A stretch of DNA of 64,000 nucleotides from Longimicrobiales bacterium (GTDB lineage: Bacteria > Gemmatimonadota > Gemmatimonadetes > Longimicrobiales > Gaopeijiaceae): contig CBDFMQ010000002.1 in the NCBI GenBank assembly GCA_965249725.1, positions 800,001 through 864,000 on the forward strand. The letters are read 5' to 3'. Below are positions 44,901 to 55,129 of this stretch, one piece after another. The position numbers were made by a program, and so were the translations under genes. The notes beneath the pieces were generated by a model. The model saw nothing but the letters and a program-made list of their open reading frames with translations. It had not been told where the DNA came from and did no database searches. Position 1 is the stretch's first letter. Each line of letters begins with the position of its first letter.

Positions 44901-45937
44901 CGATGAGGTGTTGACCAGGCTTCAGTGTGATGCCGGCATCATAGTTGTTCGTGGTTCCATCCCCGGTGAACACGAAGATCGCGTCGCCCGGTCCGGAGGC
45001 GGACCAGGTATCCCACAGATCCTCAAACGGATCGTGGGACTCACCAGTTCCACCCTCGTTCGTGTTGTCCACGTACCAGACCATCTCCGACAGATCGATG
45101 GTCACCGTTGCGGTGAAGCCGTTGTCAGTCGTGTAGGTGAAGCTGTCCTGGCCATCGGTGAACCCGATCGGCGGCGTGTAGATGAACGTGCCGTCCGCGT
45201 TGATCCAGACGTCACCACCCTGCGCCGTGACCTGACTGCCCGTGTTGTTCACCATCAGGCTGGGAGTGTTCTTCAACAGCGAGTGCGTCTTTACCGCGGC
45301 GATCGGAGGTGCTGGGGCCGGGCTCGGCGCCTCGGGTGGCGTGAACGTCCCCCCCACGAGCTGAGTGTTGCCAGCGGTCTTGAATGCGTGATCCTCCGGC
45401 TCGGTCTGCTCCGGTAGGGCGCGGATGGTGGCGCTACCTTCGTTGTTGGAGGGATCATCCTCGCGATGCTCGAGCACGTCGGCGACGGCTCGGTTGGTCA
45501 GAGACTCCCCGGCGTGTCCCCTCGCCACCACGGCCGTGATCCTCAGCCGTGCGAGCGATCCGGGATCGAGATGTCCGATCCTCCACTCCAATCGATCGGG
45601 GTTGAAGGAGCCGATGTCGGGTGACGCCCCGGCAAACTCTAGGCCCGGGGGTAGATGGTCTGTGACGACCACGTCGCTCGCGCGATCTGGGCCGTGGTTG
45701 TGCACGGAGATCAAGAACTCGACTTCCCCCGTCTCACGCACCTCGGTCTTGCTCGCTTCCTTGCGTACCTCGAGGTCGGCCGTCTGTCGACCGATCGTGA
45801 CCGACGCCGAGGCCTCGTTGTTCGAGGGATCGTCGCGCTGATCACGAAGAGTCGGTGCCGACGCTACGTTCACGAGCGTCTCTCCACCGGTGCTCGGCTC
45901 GACTACCGCAACGAGCGTCAGCGTCGCTGAGGCTCCG
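41926..45937 (-). pseudogene. C-terminal part of a giant surface lipoprotein (DUF11, Ig/cadherin-like, long beta-helix)
   Basis: ADLEVRK..N.GP..ASDVVVTD.LP.GL (DUF11), DGTFIYTP...DSFTYT, VWYVDN, long G/S/T/N-rich parallel-beta repeats. Confidence 0.8.
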
Positions 45938-47423
45938 CCCTCTCTGCCAACTTAGGTGCTCGGTTGCGAAGGCAGAGAAACCGAGGATGCTGAGACACCG
46001 AGAGAGAATGGAAGAGAATGGAATCGCCCCACTAACCTTGAGGGTAAGCGAAGCGCGGCAGCTGCTCCGGACGCGGAGGTGGTAGATAAGCCGACGCGCC
46101 GACGGTTTAGTCCGTCGTACAAGCTGCGGGTCGTCGAAGAAGCGGACCGGTGCACGGAGCCGGGAGAGGTAGGGCGACTCCTGCGACGGGAGGGCTTGTA
46201 CTCGTCGACCTGACGACATGGCGCAAGGCGGTGCGGAGTGGGTCGCTGAGAGCGCTGTCGAAGAGACGAGGTCGAAAGCCGAGCGAACGGAATCCGCTGG
46301 AGGGGAAAGTGCGCAAGCTGGAGCGCGAGAACACTCGCCTGGAGAAGGAACTCGAGAAGGCGCGCCTGATCCTCGACGCCAGGGAAAAGTTGCAGGGTCT
46401 GGGATTGAGCCTCAAGGACGGGACGAACTCGTGAAGGCGGCCAGGCGCTGGCCACGTACTAGGGGTAAAGCCCGCCGATGCGCTCAGGGTCGCCCGAGCC
46501 ACGTTCTATCGTCGTCGGAGGCCATCGACCGGGCATCAGCAGCCCCGCCCGACCCCAGCCCGTGCCTTGAGCGAGAAGGAACGAGACAAGGTCTTCGACA
46601 CGCTGTGTTCGGAGCGATTCGTGGACCGGTCCCCGGCCGAGGTTGTGGCGACCCTGCTCGACGAAGACGTCTACCTGTGCAGCGAACGTACGATGTATCG
46701 CGTTCTGGCCTCCCAAGTGCCAGTTCGAAGCGCCGAGCGCAGCGGAGTCATCCCGAATACCAGAAACCCGAGTTGATGGCGACGGGCCCGGGCCAGGTCT
46801 GGTCCTGGGATATCACACGGCTGCTGGGGCCGAGGAAGTGGAGCTACTTCTACCTCTACGTTATCATGGACATTGCGCTACATCGTGGGATGGAGGTGGC
46901 GGATCGGGAGAGCTCGGCCTTGGCCGGGCGCCTGATCCAGCAGAGTTGCCTGAAGCATGGCGTCCAGCCCCAGGTCCTGACCTTGCACTCGGATCGAGGA
47001 GCTCCGGGACGAGCCAATGCACGGCTCAGCTCCTCGCCGATCTCGGGGTGACCCGCTCGCTGAGCCGACCTCAGGGCGGATGACAATCCGTCCTCCGAAG
47101 CCCGTTCAAGACCTTGAAGTACCATCCCTCGTTTCCTGGACGGTTCGAGGATCAGGGCCAGGACCTTCTGTCGCTCGTTCTTCCGCTGGTACAACGCCGA
47201 GCACCGCCATGGTGGTATCTCGATGCTGACCCCCGAACAGGCTGAGATCAGGTCACGGCGAGGCCGTGCTACGCGAGGCCTGGGCCGTCATCCCGACCGT
47301 CGTCTCCGGTGAGCCGAGCCCAAACCGCTCCCGGAGGCCGTCTGGATCAATCCTCCAACCCCCTCCCTCACGACACAGGAGATTGCTCTCTAATTAATTC
47401 CCACCGAGTGCTGACAGGCTCCG
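45938..47423 (+). mobile_element. IS3-family element with multiply frameshifted transposase
   Basis: OrfA PTRRRFS..YKLRV..EAD.C..PGEVG.LLRREGLYSS; OrfB pieces CSERTMYR, KPELMATGPGQVWSWDIT, LHSDRG; AGGCTCCG at both ends. Confidence 0.85.
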
Positions 47424-47477
47424 GCTCGACAGGAGATTGTTCCGCAACGAGCGTCTCACTGGCGTCGACTGAGGCTC

Positions 47478-48760
47478 CCGTTGTCGAGCGTGCCGATATC
47501 CCACCGGCCCGTGCCAGGTGTGTACGTGCCTTGTGACGCATCGGCAGACACCAGCCCCAGTCCGGCGGGCAGCGGGTCCGACACGTTGACGTCGGTCGCC
47601 GTCGCCGGGCCGTCATTGCGGACCGTCACGGTGAACGTCACCTCATCGCCCTCGAGGGCCAGAGGCTGGTCGACTTCCTTGCTCACCACGATGTCGGCGC
47701 CGAGCAACATCACTTCAAAGTCCTGACTCATCGCGGGGTTGAATCCCAACGAGGTCGCGATCAGACGGAAGAGACCTCCCTCGGGAATCAGCAGATTGTC
47801 GAACGTGGCCAGACCACCCACGGCGGCGACCGTCGTGGTGCCGTTGAGCGGAGCGGCCTGCGGCCCTTCGTTCTCACCTTCACCCGGTGTCTGAGCGGCG
47901 GAGGGGGCGGCTGGAGCCTGGTCCTGGAGCGCCACGGTGATGGACGCCGTGGACGAGGTCACGCGATCACCTCGCGCGTCGACCACCTCGACACTCGGGG
48001 CGGGATCCATGGCTTGATCGACTTCCACAGCACTCGGCTGGCTCACGAAGGCCAAACCGATCGGTCGGGCGACGACCTCTATGTTGATGTCGTCCGACTC
48101 GCCTCCGGCCGTAGCCGTGATCTGGGCGGTGCCGGGTAGATGGGCCTGCAAGAAGCCGCCTTCGGTCACACTCGCGATGCCTGGGCTGGCACTCGCCCAC
48201 TGGAGTGTCGCCGCGCCTGGCTGGCTCATCACTACCTGAGCCTGCAGCTGGAGACCATCGCCTTCCGCCAGCGGGCCCGCCGGCTGGATGGTCACCGATG
48301 TCACGAAGTTGTTGGCCACAGGGCCCTGAACCACCTCGACTTCCTGGACGGGTGTCTGACCCAGCAAGTTGAACTGAGCGGTGACACCCGAGAACTCGAC
48401 GGTCTCCACTCCGTTCAGCACGCTGATCAGCTCGGTCACGAGATAGACCGGCGGGTTGTCCGGCGGAATCTCCACCTCGAGGTCGGTCACCCAGACGTCT
48501 AGGTTCGGGTCCACCTCCGTCACGAACGGCAGGCCGATCGGCGAGTCGTCCGCCACACGCTTCACCGTCACACGGATGCGCGTAATGTCCGCGACCTGAT
48601 CCGCCGTCGTCCCCTGCGGGAACGTCGTGCTCAACGCTACGAACGCGCTCCCCGTCGAGCCTTGACCTACAGGCGAGGAACCGTCTGTGCACGAGTACAG
48701 CAGAACCAATGAGGCGAGCCCACATAGGGCCAGGAGACGTCGGTGTACCATGGAGACCAT
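47478..48760 (-). pseudogene. N-terminal part of the same giant lipoprotein (lipobox, Big_2 Ig domain, DUF11)
   Basis: LLYSC lipobox, W.S.SP.IASV...G (Big_2), LAFVSQP, DUF11 cut at WDIGTLDNG and resuming as ASATLTLVA after the IS. Confidence 0.8.
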
Positions 48761-48972
48761 CGCTGCTGAGGAAGCGGAGGCTCGCTCCCAATTTGAAAAG
48801 ACGTGGTTCCTTCCAATGTTGCCCCGAAACAGGTCTGGAGCAAACGAATTGAATCGGGGGTTATTGGGCCCAGGACACGCCTCCCGAAGAGAAAGCGAAA
48901 CACTGTTGCCGCCTGCGAGTATCACAGAACATTACAAGGCCCCCCGCGACCGAGACCTTAGACACAGTCCAG

Positions 48973-49627
48973 ATGAGACCCTTCTCACAATGGTTCCGTA
49001 ACGAATCGGGCACTTCCCGTGTTCGTTCCGACGACCGGGAAAAGCAGTTGGCCGATCTCGAGGCCGAAGCGGCAACGGCTCCGCTGGCGACGGGCCCGGG
49101 CCGGGTTTCAGGGCAACGTGCTCAACCGGGCCGGGGACCTATGTCTGAAGTCGGGAGACCGGGCGCGGGCGCTCCAGTACTACGGACGGGCCATCGATGC
49201 CATGCTCGAGGATGGTCACCCCGAACCGGCGAGGGGAATGGCGAAGAAGATCATCCGCATCTACCCCGAAGCCGTTCGCACCTTGTGCACGTTGACGTGG
49301 CTGGACTTGGCGTCGCGACACACGGCCATGGCTCTGGTTCATCTGCAGGAGTACGTGGACGCGGCGAAAATGGGACAGCGGGCGGACCTGGCTAGCGAGC
49401 AAATCTTGGAGATGGCGCGGTCGGTGACGCATCGCGAATTCCTGGACGCGGCGGCCAGTGCGCTGGACGAGTTGGAGGCCGACGACGCCGCGGCTCAGGT
49501 GCGTGATTGGGCTTCGAATGGTGGATCGACGGAGGCAGTGGGCGACCCTGACGAACTAGCTACGCACTGTATGCGTGCGGCCGTCGGGTCCAATGCTGCC
49601 CGCAAAGCTGAGGGCGCCCCCGCCTAG
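48973..49627 (+). pseudogene. TPR-like helical protein, frameshift near 49085-49105
   Basis: MRPFSQWF..DLEAEA in one frame continues as GFQGNVLNRAGDLC..ALQYYGRAID in another. Confidence 0.55.
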
Positions 49628-49652
49628 AGCGTCCGGGCGTGCAGCGCGCCTC

Positions 49653-50789
49653 TCAGCTTGCGTTGGTCTTGCTGAAAAGCACCAGCACGTGGTCGGGCTC
49701 TTCGTCCCAGTCGCGAATGAGGGAAGCGAAGACGCGGCCCGGCCTCGAGGATCCATCCTTGCCTTCGAGTATCCGGTCCTCTTCTAGCGCGTCACTGCCG
49801 CCAGCTGCGAGCTCCTCGATGGACGCTCGAGCCGCCGCGGCGTCGTCTGCTTCCCACAGCTCCGCGTAGTCCTTGCCGAGCAACTCGTCCTGCTCGTATC
49901 CGGACAGGCGACAGAAGGCTGCGTTCGCCTCTTGCACCACCCCGGCGAGATCTACCGTGACGTGAGCGATTCCCCCGTGCTCACTGATCGCCTGGAACCG
50001 CGCGGCGTCCTCATAGAAGCCTCCGGCCTTCCAGGTATTGGAGATGTCCTCGACCGTCCCCTCGACGTAGGTCACCTTACCATCGGGTCCACGCTGAATT
50101 CGGGCCGTGTTCCTCAGACGGATTTGGCGCCCGTCCACACACTTCAGTTGTGTCTCGAAGCCCCGGACCATGCCGAACTGGTTCAGCCTCGACTTGAAGT
50201 GCTCCTGGTCGGAGGGACTCACGTAGTAGTTGGCCGCGTACGACCTCTCGAGAGTCGATGGGTCGGGATACCCGAGTATCCTCACGAGCGCGGGATTGGC
50301 ATCGAGGAATCCGCCCTGAGGCGTGCAGCGGTACACTCCGATCGGGAGGTGATCGAACATGCCCCGATGTCGCTCTTCACTCTCCCTGAGAGCGGTGAGC
50401 GCCTCAACCCGGTCCAGAGCGTAGCGGATCGAGCGTTCGAGTTCCGCCGGGCCGATCTCGCCCTTGACCAGGTAGTCTGCGGCGCCGGCCTGCATGGCCT
50501 CCAGGTCCACTTCATGGCTGCCCCGTCCGGTCAACATGATGACCGGAGCCTGGAGTTGGCGGCGCCCGGCCTCTCGCAAGAGGTCGAGTCCCGTTCGGTC
50601 CTCGAGGAAGTAGTCCACGATGTAGACGTCGTACTCGTCCAGGGCCAACGCGTCACGACCTTCCTCGAACGTCGCCACCCAGTCCAACTCGATCTTCGGC
50701 CGTGGAATCTGCTGCATCATGGCGCGTGTCACGGCGAAGTCACCCTGGTCGTCATCGACGAGCAAGGCACGGATGGTCTCTCGGCTCAA
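49653..50789 (-). CDS. Response-regulator receiver + two PAS domains
   Basis: LLVDDD, IVDY.L, MLTG, GAADYLVKG; PAS motifs ANPA..RILGY and AN.AFC.LSGY...ELLG. Confidence 0.9.
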   Translation of the reverse strand: MSRETIRALLVDDDQGDFAVTRAMMQQIPRPKIELDWVATFEEGRDALALDEYDVYIVDYFLEDRTGLDLLREAGRRQLQAPVIMLTGRGSHEVDLEAMQAGAADYLVKGEIGPAELERSIRYALDRVEALTALRESEERHRGMFDHLPIGVYRCTPQGGFLDANPALVRILGYPDPSTLERSYAANYYVSPSDQEHFKSRLNQFGMVRGFETQLKCVDGRQIRLRNTARIQRGPDGKVTYVEGTVEDISNTWKAGGFYEDAARFQAISEHGGIAHVTVDLAGVVQEANAAFCRLSGYEQDELLGKDYAELWEADDAAAARASIEELAAGGSDALEEDRILEGKDGSSRPGRVFASLIRDWDEEPDHVLVLFSKTNAS

Positions 50790-50868
50790 GAGCCCCTCAA
50801 TCTGCGGATAGTTAGGGTGACGGAAGTCTCGGGCACGCGAATCTCACGAGGAATGATAGGTCACCCCC

Positions 50869-51240
50869 CTACGTCTCGTCCAGCGGCTTGCGGCGGAGGG
50901 ATTTGCGCGCTGAGCGCTGCTTCTTGGAACGGAGCCGACGTTCGTGCGCTCGTCTCGGGACTTTCGTGGGAATTCTGCGTTTCGGGCGTTTCCGGGAAGC
51001 CGCGAGTTTCCTGCGAAGCGCCCGGAGAGCGGCCTTCTTGTTTCCGTGCTGACTTCGCAAGCTTCTGCTCGTCGCTACGAGGCCGCTGGGAACATGGGTC
51101 AGGCGCACCCCACTCTCTGTAACATTTTGATGCTGTCCGCCCTTGCCGCCGGACCTGAACGTGTCGACCCGACACTGTGCGATGAGTTCATCGTCCGAAT
51201 CGGGAATCGGAACCGGGGAGTCCGAACGGTGTTCAGCCAT
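50869..51240 (-). CDS. arfB: ArfB-like peptidyl-tRNA hydrolase (release-factor GGQ domain)
   Basis: SGGKGGQHQN..ESGVRLTH.P.G, RSQH.N, basic tail RPKRRIPTK..RL..KK. Confidence 0.8.
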   Translation of the reverse strand: MAEHRSDSPVPIPDSDDELIAQCRVDTFRSGGKGGQHQNVTESGVRLTHVPSGLVATSRSLRSQHGNKKAALRALRRKLAASRKRPKRRIPTKVPRRAHERRLRSKKQRSARKSLRRKPLDET

Positions 51241-51344
51241 CAGCAGTCCTTGGATGGCGCGCGGGGTGTAGCGATCTTTGTCACTATGCCGCTACCGACG
51301 ACACCGACGGCCACGATCGCCACGTCTCTGACGCGAAATTTTAG

Positions 51345-52475
51345 ATGATCTTCGAGCGAACCGACACCCCTGGAGCCCGCTTCCTCCTCATGGGCGCGAG
51401 CTTCGTGGTGGTCGTCGCCGGACTGAGGTTGGGCGCCAGCATGCTGTTGCCGTTCGCACTGGCGCTCTTCATCGCCGTGATGAGCATGCCTCTCATGTTC
51501 TGGCTCCAACTGCGACGGGTGCCGGCACCGGTGGCGGTATTGCTGACGATGCTGGTTATCGGAGCGCTGTTCGGCGGGATCATCCTCTTGGGTACGCAGT
51601 CGGTTGCGGAGCTTCAAACCCAGCTTCCAGGCTACCAAGAGCGGCTCCGGGTGCTCTATGAATCGTGGGTCGATGGGTTGAGCACACGCTTCGGAATCCC
51701 CCTGGATCAATACCTCACCCTGAGCCTGATCGATCCGGGAGCGGCGATCGGTCTCTTCGGTCAAGCCGCGGCCGGGGTGGTCGGATTCTTGGGGAACGCA
51801 TTCGTGGTCCTTCTGATCATGGCGTTCATCCTCGCGGAGGCCACGGTCTTCCCGTTCAAGTTCAGGGCGATTCTCGGACCCGAGGCGGGTGACGGACGCC
51901 GTATGACCAAGGTGATCCGAGAGGTCCAGGAGTACCTCGGAATCAAGACGGCCGTGAGCCTGGCGACGGGTCTCCTCATAGGCCTCCTCGCATGGCAGCT
52001 CGGACTCGACTTTCCGATCTTGTTGGGTCTGGTCGGCTTCATGATGAACTACATCCCGACGGTCGGCTCGATCCTCGCGGCAGTGCCGGCCCTCGTGCTG
52101 AGCCTCCTGCAGTTCGGGACGGTCGGGCATTTTCTAGCGGTCGCCATCTCGTACGGGGTGATCAACACCGTGTTCGGCAACATCATCGAGCCGAACCTGA
52201 TGGGTCGCCGTCTGGGTCTCTCTACCTTGGTGGTGATCCTCTCTCTGTTGTTCTGGGCCTGGCTGTGGGGTCCGGTGGGGGCGCTATTGGCGGTGCCGCT
52301 CACCATGGTCGTGAAGATCATGCTGGAGAACACGGAGGATCTGCGGTGGGTGGCGATTCTGCTCGACAAGTCGCCGCCGCAGGCGGCCAGTGCATTCGGC
52401 CCCCCTCAACCCACTAGTTTTGACGGTCCCGTGCAGCCCGACGGGGGCGAGCCGGGCGAAATGGGAGCAGCCTGA
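51345..52475 (+). CDS. AI-2E family transporter
   Basis: Multi-TM, NYIPTVGS, GNIIEP.LMG..LGLS, WLWGPVGALLAVPLT. Confidence 0.92.
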   Translation: MIFERTDTPGARFLLMGASFVVVVAGLRLGASMLLPFALALFIAVMSMPLMFWLQLRRVPAPVAVLLTMLVIGALFGGIILLGTQSVAELQTQLPGYQERLRVLYESWVDGLSTRFGIPLDQYLTLSLIDPGAAIGLFGQAAAGVVGFLGNAFVVLLIMAFILAEATVFPFKFRAILGPEAGDGRRMTKVIREVQEYLGIKTAVSLATGLLIGLLAWQLGLDFPILLGLVGFMMNYIPTVGSILAAVPALVLSLLQFGTVGHFLAVAISYGVINTVFGNIIEPNLMGRRLGLSTLVVILSLLFWAWLWGPVGALLAVPLTMVVKIMLENTEDLRWVAILLDKSPPQAASAFGPPQPTSFDGPVQPDGGEPGEMGAA

Positions 52476-52978
52476 TGCCGATGGTTCCGTTCGAGAGGCT
52501 CCCAGACGAGTCGCGCCTTTGGATATTCGGCGTGGGCAGAGCGCTGCAGGACCGTGAAGAGGAGACCTTACTCGACGCCGTGGACCGCTTCCTGGAGACG
52601 TGGGCGGCGCACGGCGTACAGCTTCGGTGCGGTCGGGACTGGCGGCACGGTCGGTTCCTTCTCGTGGCGGTAGACGAGTCGTCCGAGCCGCCGTCGGGAT
52701 GCTCCATCGACGCCATGGTCCAGGTGCTCAAGGACCAGGAGCGTGCCCTGGACGTACCCATCGTCGACAACTCGGCGGTCTGGTACCTCGAGGGAGACCA
52801 GGTCCAGCGGTCGACCCGATCCGATTTCAAGCGATTGGTGGAGGACGGTGCGGTCGGTCCCGAGGTCGTGGTCTTCGACAACACCGTCACCCGGTTGACC
52901 GAGGAGAGGGCGGGTCAGTGGCAGCGACCGGCCAACGAGAGCTGGCACCAGAGGGCCTTCTTCCAGAGCCGTGACTAA
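52475..52978 (+). CDS. Conserved hypothetical protein
   Basis: LPDESRLWIF, W.AHG..L, VDE....SGCSID, VFDNTV. Confidence 0.8.
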   Translation: MPMVPFERLPDESRLWIFGVGRALQDREEETLLDAVDRFLETWAAHGVQLRCGRDWRHGRFLLVAVDESSEPPSGCSIDAMVQVLKDQERALDVPIVDNSAVWYLEGDQVQRSTRSDFKRLVEDGAVGPEVVVFDNTVTRLTEERAGQWQRPANESWHQRAFFQSRD

Positions 52979-53038
52979 GAGGTCGGTGAATGAATGAGGT
53001 GAATGAGCGCGGTGCCGAGCGGTCCCGGGTGAATCGCG

Positions 53039-53242
53039 TTAAGCGAGTCTCGTCACATTCTCGGCGGCGGGACCCTTCGGACCCTCACCCATCTCGAACT
53101 CTACCCGATCGCCCTCGGACAGGCTCTTGAAGCCCTCGCCCTGGATCGCGGAGTAGTGTACGCAATCACGGTCGCCCTCGTCGGGGGTGATGAATCCGAA
53201 CCCCTTACTGTCGTTGAACCACTTAACGATTCCCTCGGCCAT
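53039..53242 (-). CDS. Cold-shock protein
   Basis: GIVKWFN..KGFGFI (RNP1), VHYSAI, GFKSL.EG, GPKGP.A.NV; GGAG RBS. Confidence 0.95.
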   Translation of the reverse strand: MAEGIVKWFNDSKGFGFITPDEGDRDCVHYSAIQGEGFKSLSEGDRVEFEMGEGPKGPAAENVTRLA

Positions 53243-53370
53243 GCACCAACTCCCTCATCTGTCGTTCGATGGGCCTCGCACCTTGCGGGGGCCCAGTCCT
53301 CCTTCTAGGACGGCGCCACTCTACCCGCTTTCGCGGTCTCGGTCAAGTTGCCGGACGGGAGGGTAGTGGG

Positions 53371-54435
53371 TCAGTTTGACCCACTACCGCCGGGAGGAAT
53401 AAGCGTTTCGATGGGAGCGTCGGAGCGCGGTTCGTGTCGGTGACTGAGAAAGCCGGCAGCTTCTCGTTCGGCCCAGAAGGATGGCCTCCACGGTAAGACG
53501 CCTTCCACGAACCCGACGTGTCCACCACTGTCGGTGACGATGAGCGTCAAATAGGGGTTGTCCGCGATGCTGTTCCATGGAATCGCCGCGGAGGGAAGGA
53601 AGGGATCGTTGAGCGAGTGGAGTAGCAGCGTCGGCGTGCGAATCTTCGATACGAATTCCTTAGAGCTGCATTGCCGGTAGTAGTCCTCCGCACCGACGAA
53701 GCCATGCAGAGGAGCCGTCACCGCGTCGTCGAAGGCACGAATTGTGGCCCTCTCGTTCACCCGACTTACATCGATCACGTTTTCTAGTAGGTCCCTTTTC
53801 GCGCGCACCTTGCTCATCAGCGAATTGACGAAGTACCGAGTGTAGAAACGGGCCATCAGGCCCTGTTCGAGGGCCATGGCCCCCGCGGAGAGGTCGTAGG
53901 GAACGGAAATGGCGACCGCAGCCGAGATGGGGTCATGGCCGGCGTCCGCCTGTTCGCCGAGCAGCTTGAGCAAGATGTTGCCGCCCAAGGAAAAACCGAC
54001 AGCCATGATCGGGCGGCCGGGGAACCGATCCCGCAGGAACTCCACCACCAGAGCCACATCCTCGGTTTCACCCGAGTGGTAGAACCGGGGTGTGCGGTTG
54101 ATCTCCCCCGAGCAGCCGCGGAAGTTGAGTGCGACCGGTCGCAGGCCTTGGCCGGCAAGGGCGCGGCACATCTGGAGTACATACCCTCTACGCGTGTGTC
54201 CCTCGAGGCCATGGAGCACGAGTACCACAGGAGCTGCGGGGTCGGTCTCGGGCATCCAGGCCAGGTCGAGGAAGTCGCCGTCCGGGGTGTCGATCCGTTC
54301 CGCCGTCATGCCGAGGTCCGGCTTGGTGCGAAGGAGCTTCCCGGCCAGGGTCTGAGGGTGGGCGCCCGGCAGCCACCACGGTTGCCGGAAGGGAGAAGGG
54401 GTCCACGTGTCCTGCCCGTGACGGACCGGAGTCAA
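53371..54435 (-). CDS. YheT-family alpha/beta hydrolase
   Basis: WL.G.H.QT, TPDGDFLDL.W, HGLEG, YHSG.TED, GFSLGGN, DDPF-like, GGHVGF; TTG start overlaps the tag stop. Confidence 0.88.
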   Translation of the reverse strand: MTPVRHGQDTWTPSPFRQPWWLPGAHPQTLAGKLLRTKPDLGMTAERIDTPDGDFLDLAWMPETDPAAPVVLVLHGLEGHTRRGYVLQMCRALAGQGLRPVALNFRGCSGEINRTPRFYHSGETEDVALVVEFLRDRFPGRPIMAVGFSLGGNILLKLLGEQADAGHDPISAAVAISVPYDLSAGAMALEQGLMARFYTRYFVNSLMSKVRAKRDLLENVIDVSRVNERATIRAFDDAVTAPLHGFVGAEDYYRQCSSKEFVSKIRTPTLLLHSLNDPFLPSAAIPWNSIADNPYLTLIVTDSGGHVGFVEGVLPWRPSFWAEREAAGFLSHRHEPRSDAPIETLIPPGGSGSN

Positions 54436-55004
54436 GGGGTCGGGATCCCAGATCGAGCCCAGGGTGGATCGAGCGCGAGGATCTTGATGTGAACGGGGCA
54501 GTTCGGATCGTGGGCGCCGGGCAAGTAGCCGGTGCTCATCAGAAACTCGCCGGTGATCTCGCCGCCCGTGAAGCGGAAGGTCTTCTTGAACAACCGGACC
54601 CAGTCCTCCTTGGGCTTCGGATGATGGCTGTCCAGCCACGCGGCGAAGGACCCGTGCAAGTTCTGGATTTCGAGAATCTGCCGGGCGTTGTGGATCGCCG
54701 CGTCGACCTTGAGGCGGTTCCGAATGATCCCGGGATCGGCGAGGAGTCGGGCCCGATCGCCTTCGCCGTAGTGAGCGACCGTAGCCACGGCAAAGTCGTC
54801 GTAGGCCTGCCGGAAGGTCTCCTTCTTCTTGAGGATCGTCAGCCAGGAGAGGCCCGCCTGGTTCATCTCCAGGACGAGCCGCCCGAAGAGCTTGTCGTCG
54901 TCGCGGATGGGAAAACCGTACTCCTCGTCGTGGTACGGTCCATGGAAGGGATGGCCTGCGGCGCCCTCGCAGTAGCCCGTCAGGGCGGGAGTGGTGTCGG
55001 TCAT
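54432..55004 (-). CDS. tag: DNA-3-methyladenine glycosylase I
   Basis: YHDEEYG, LE.NQAGLSW.TILKK, GIIRNRLK, EFLMS.G, H...C. Confidence 0.93.
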   Translation of the reverse strand: MTDTTPALTGYCEGAAGHPFHGPYHDEEYGFPIRDDDKLFGRLVLEMNQAGLSWLTILKKKETFRQAYDDFAVATVAHYGEGDRARLLADPGIIRNRLKVDAAIHNARQILEIQNLHGSFAAWLDSHHPKPKEDWVRLFKKTFRFTGGEITGEFLMSTGYLPGAHDPNCPVHIKILALDPPWARSGIPTP

Positions 55005-55129
55005 TCGGAGAATCTAACGAGGCCGATCTCGAAGCGGCACGCGCAAGGGTTCGGGCCGTGGCCCTTTCAGGTACGCACCATCCCGACGAAGTTGACCGTT
55101 CGCGCCAGACCACCAAGAACCGTCTCGTC

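Noticed and set aside
43864..45417. Long antisense ORFs (also 6291-7415, 49932-51122, 62195-63601)
   Set aside because: Shadows of high-GC genes on the opposite strand with no recognisable motifs.
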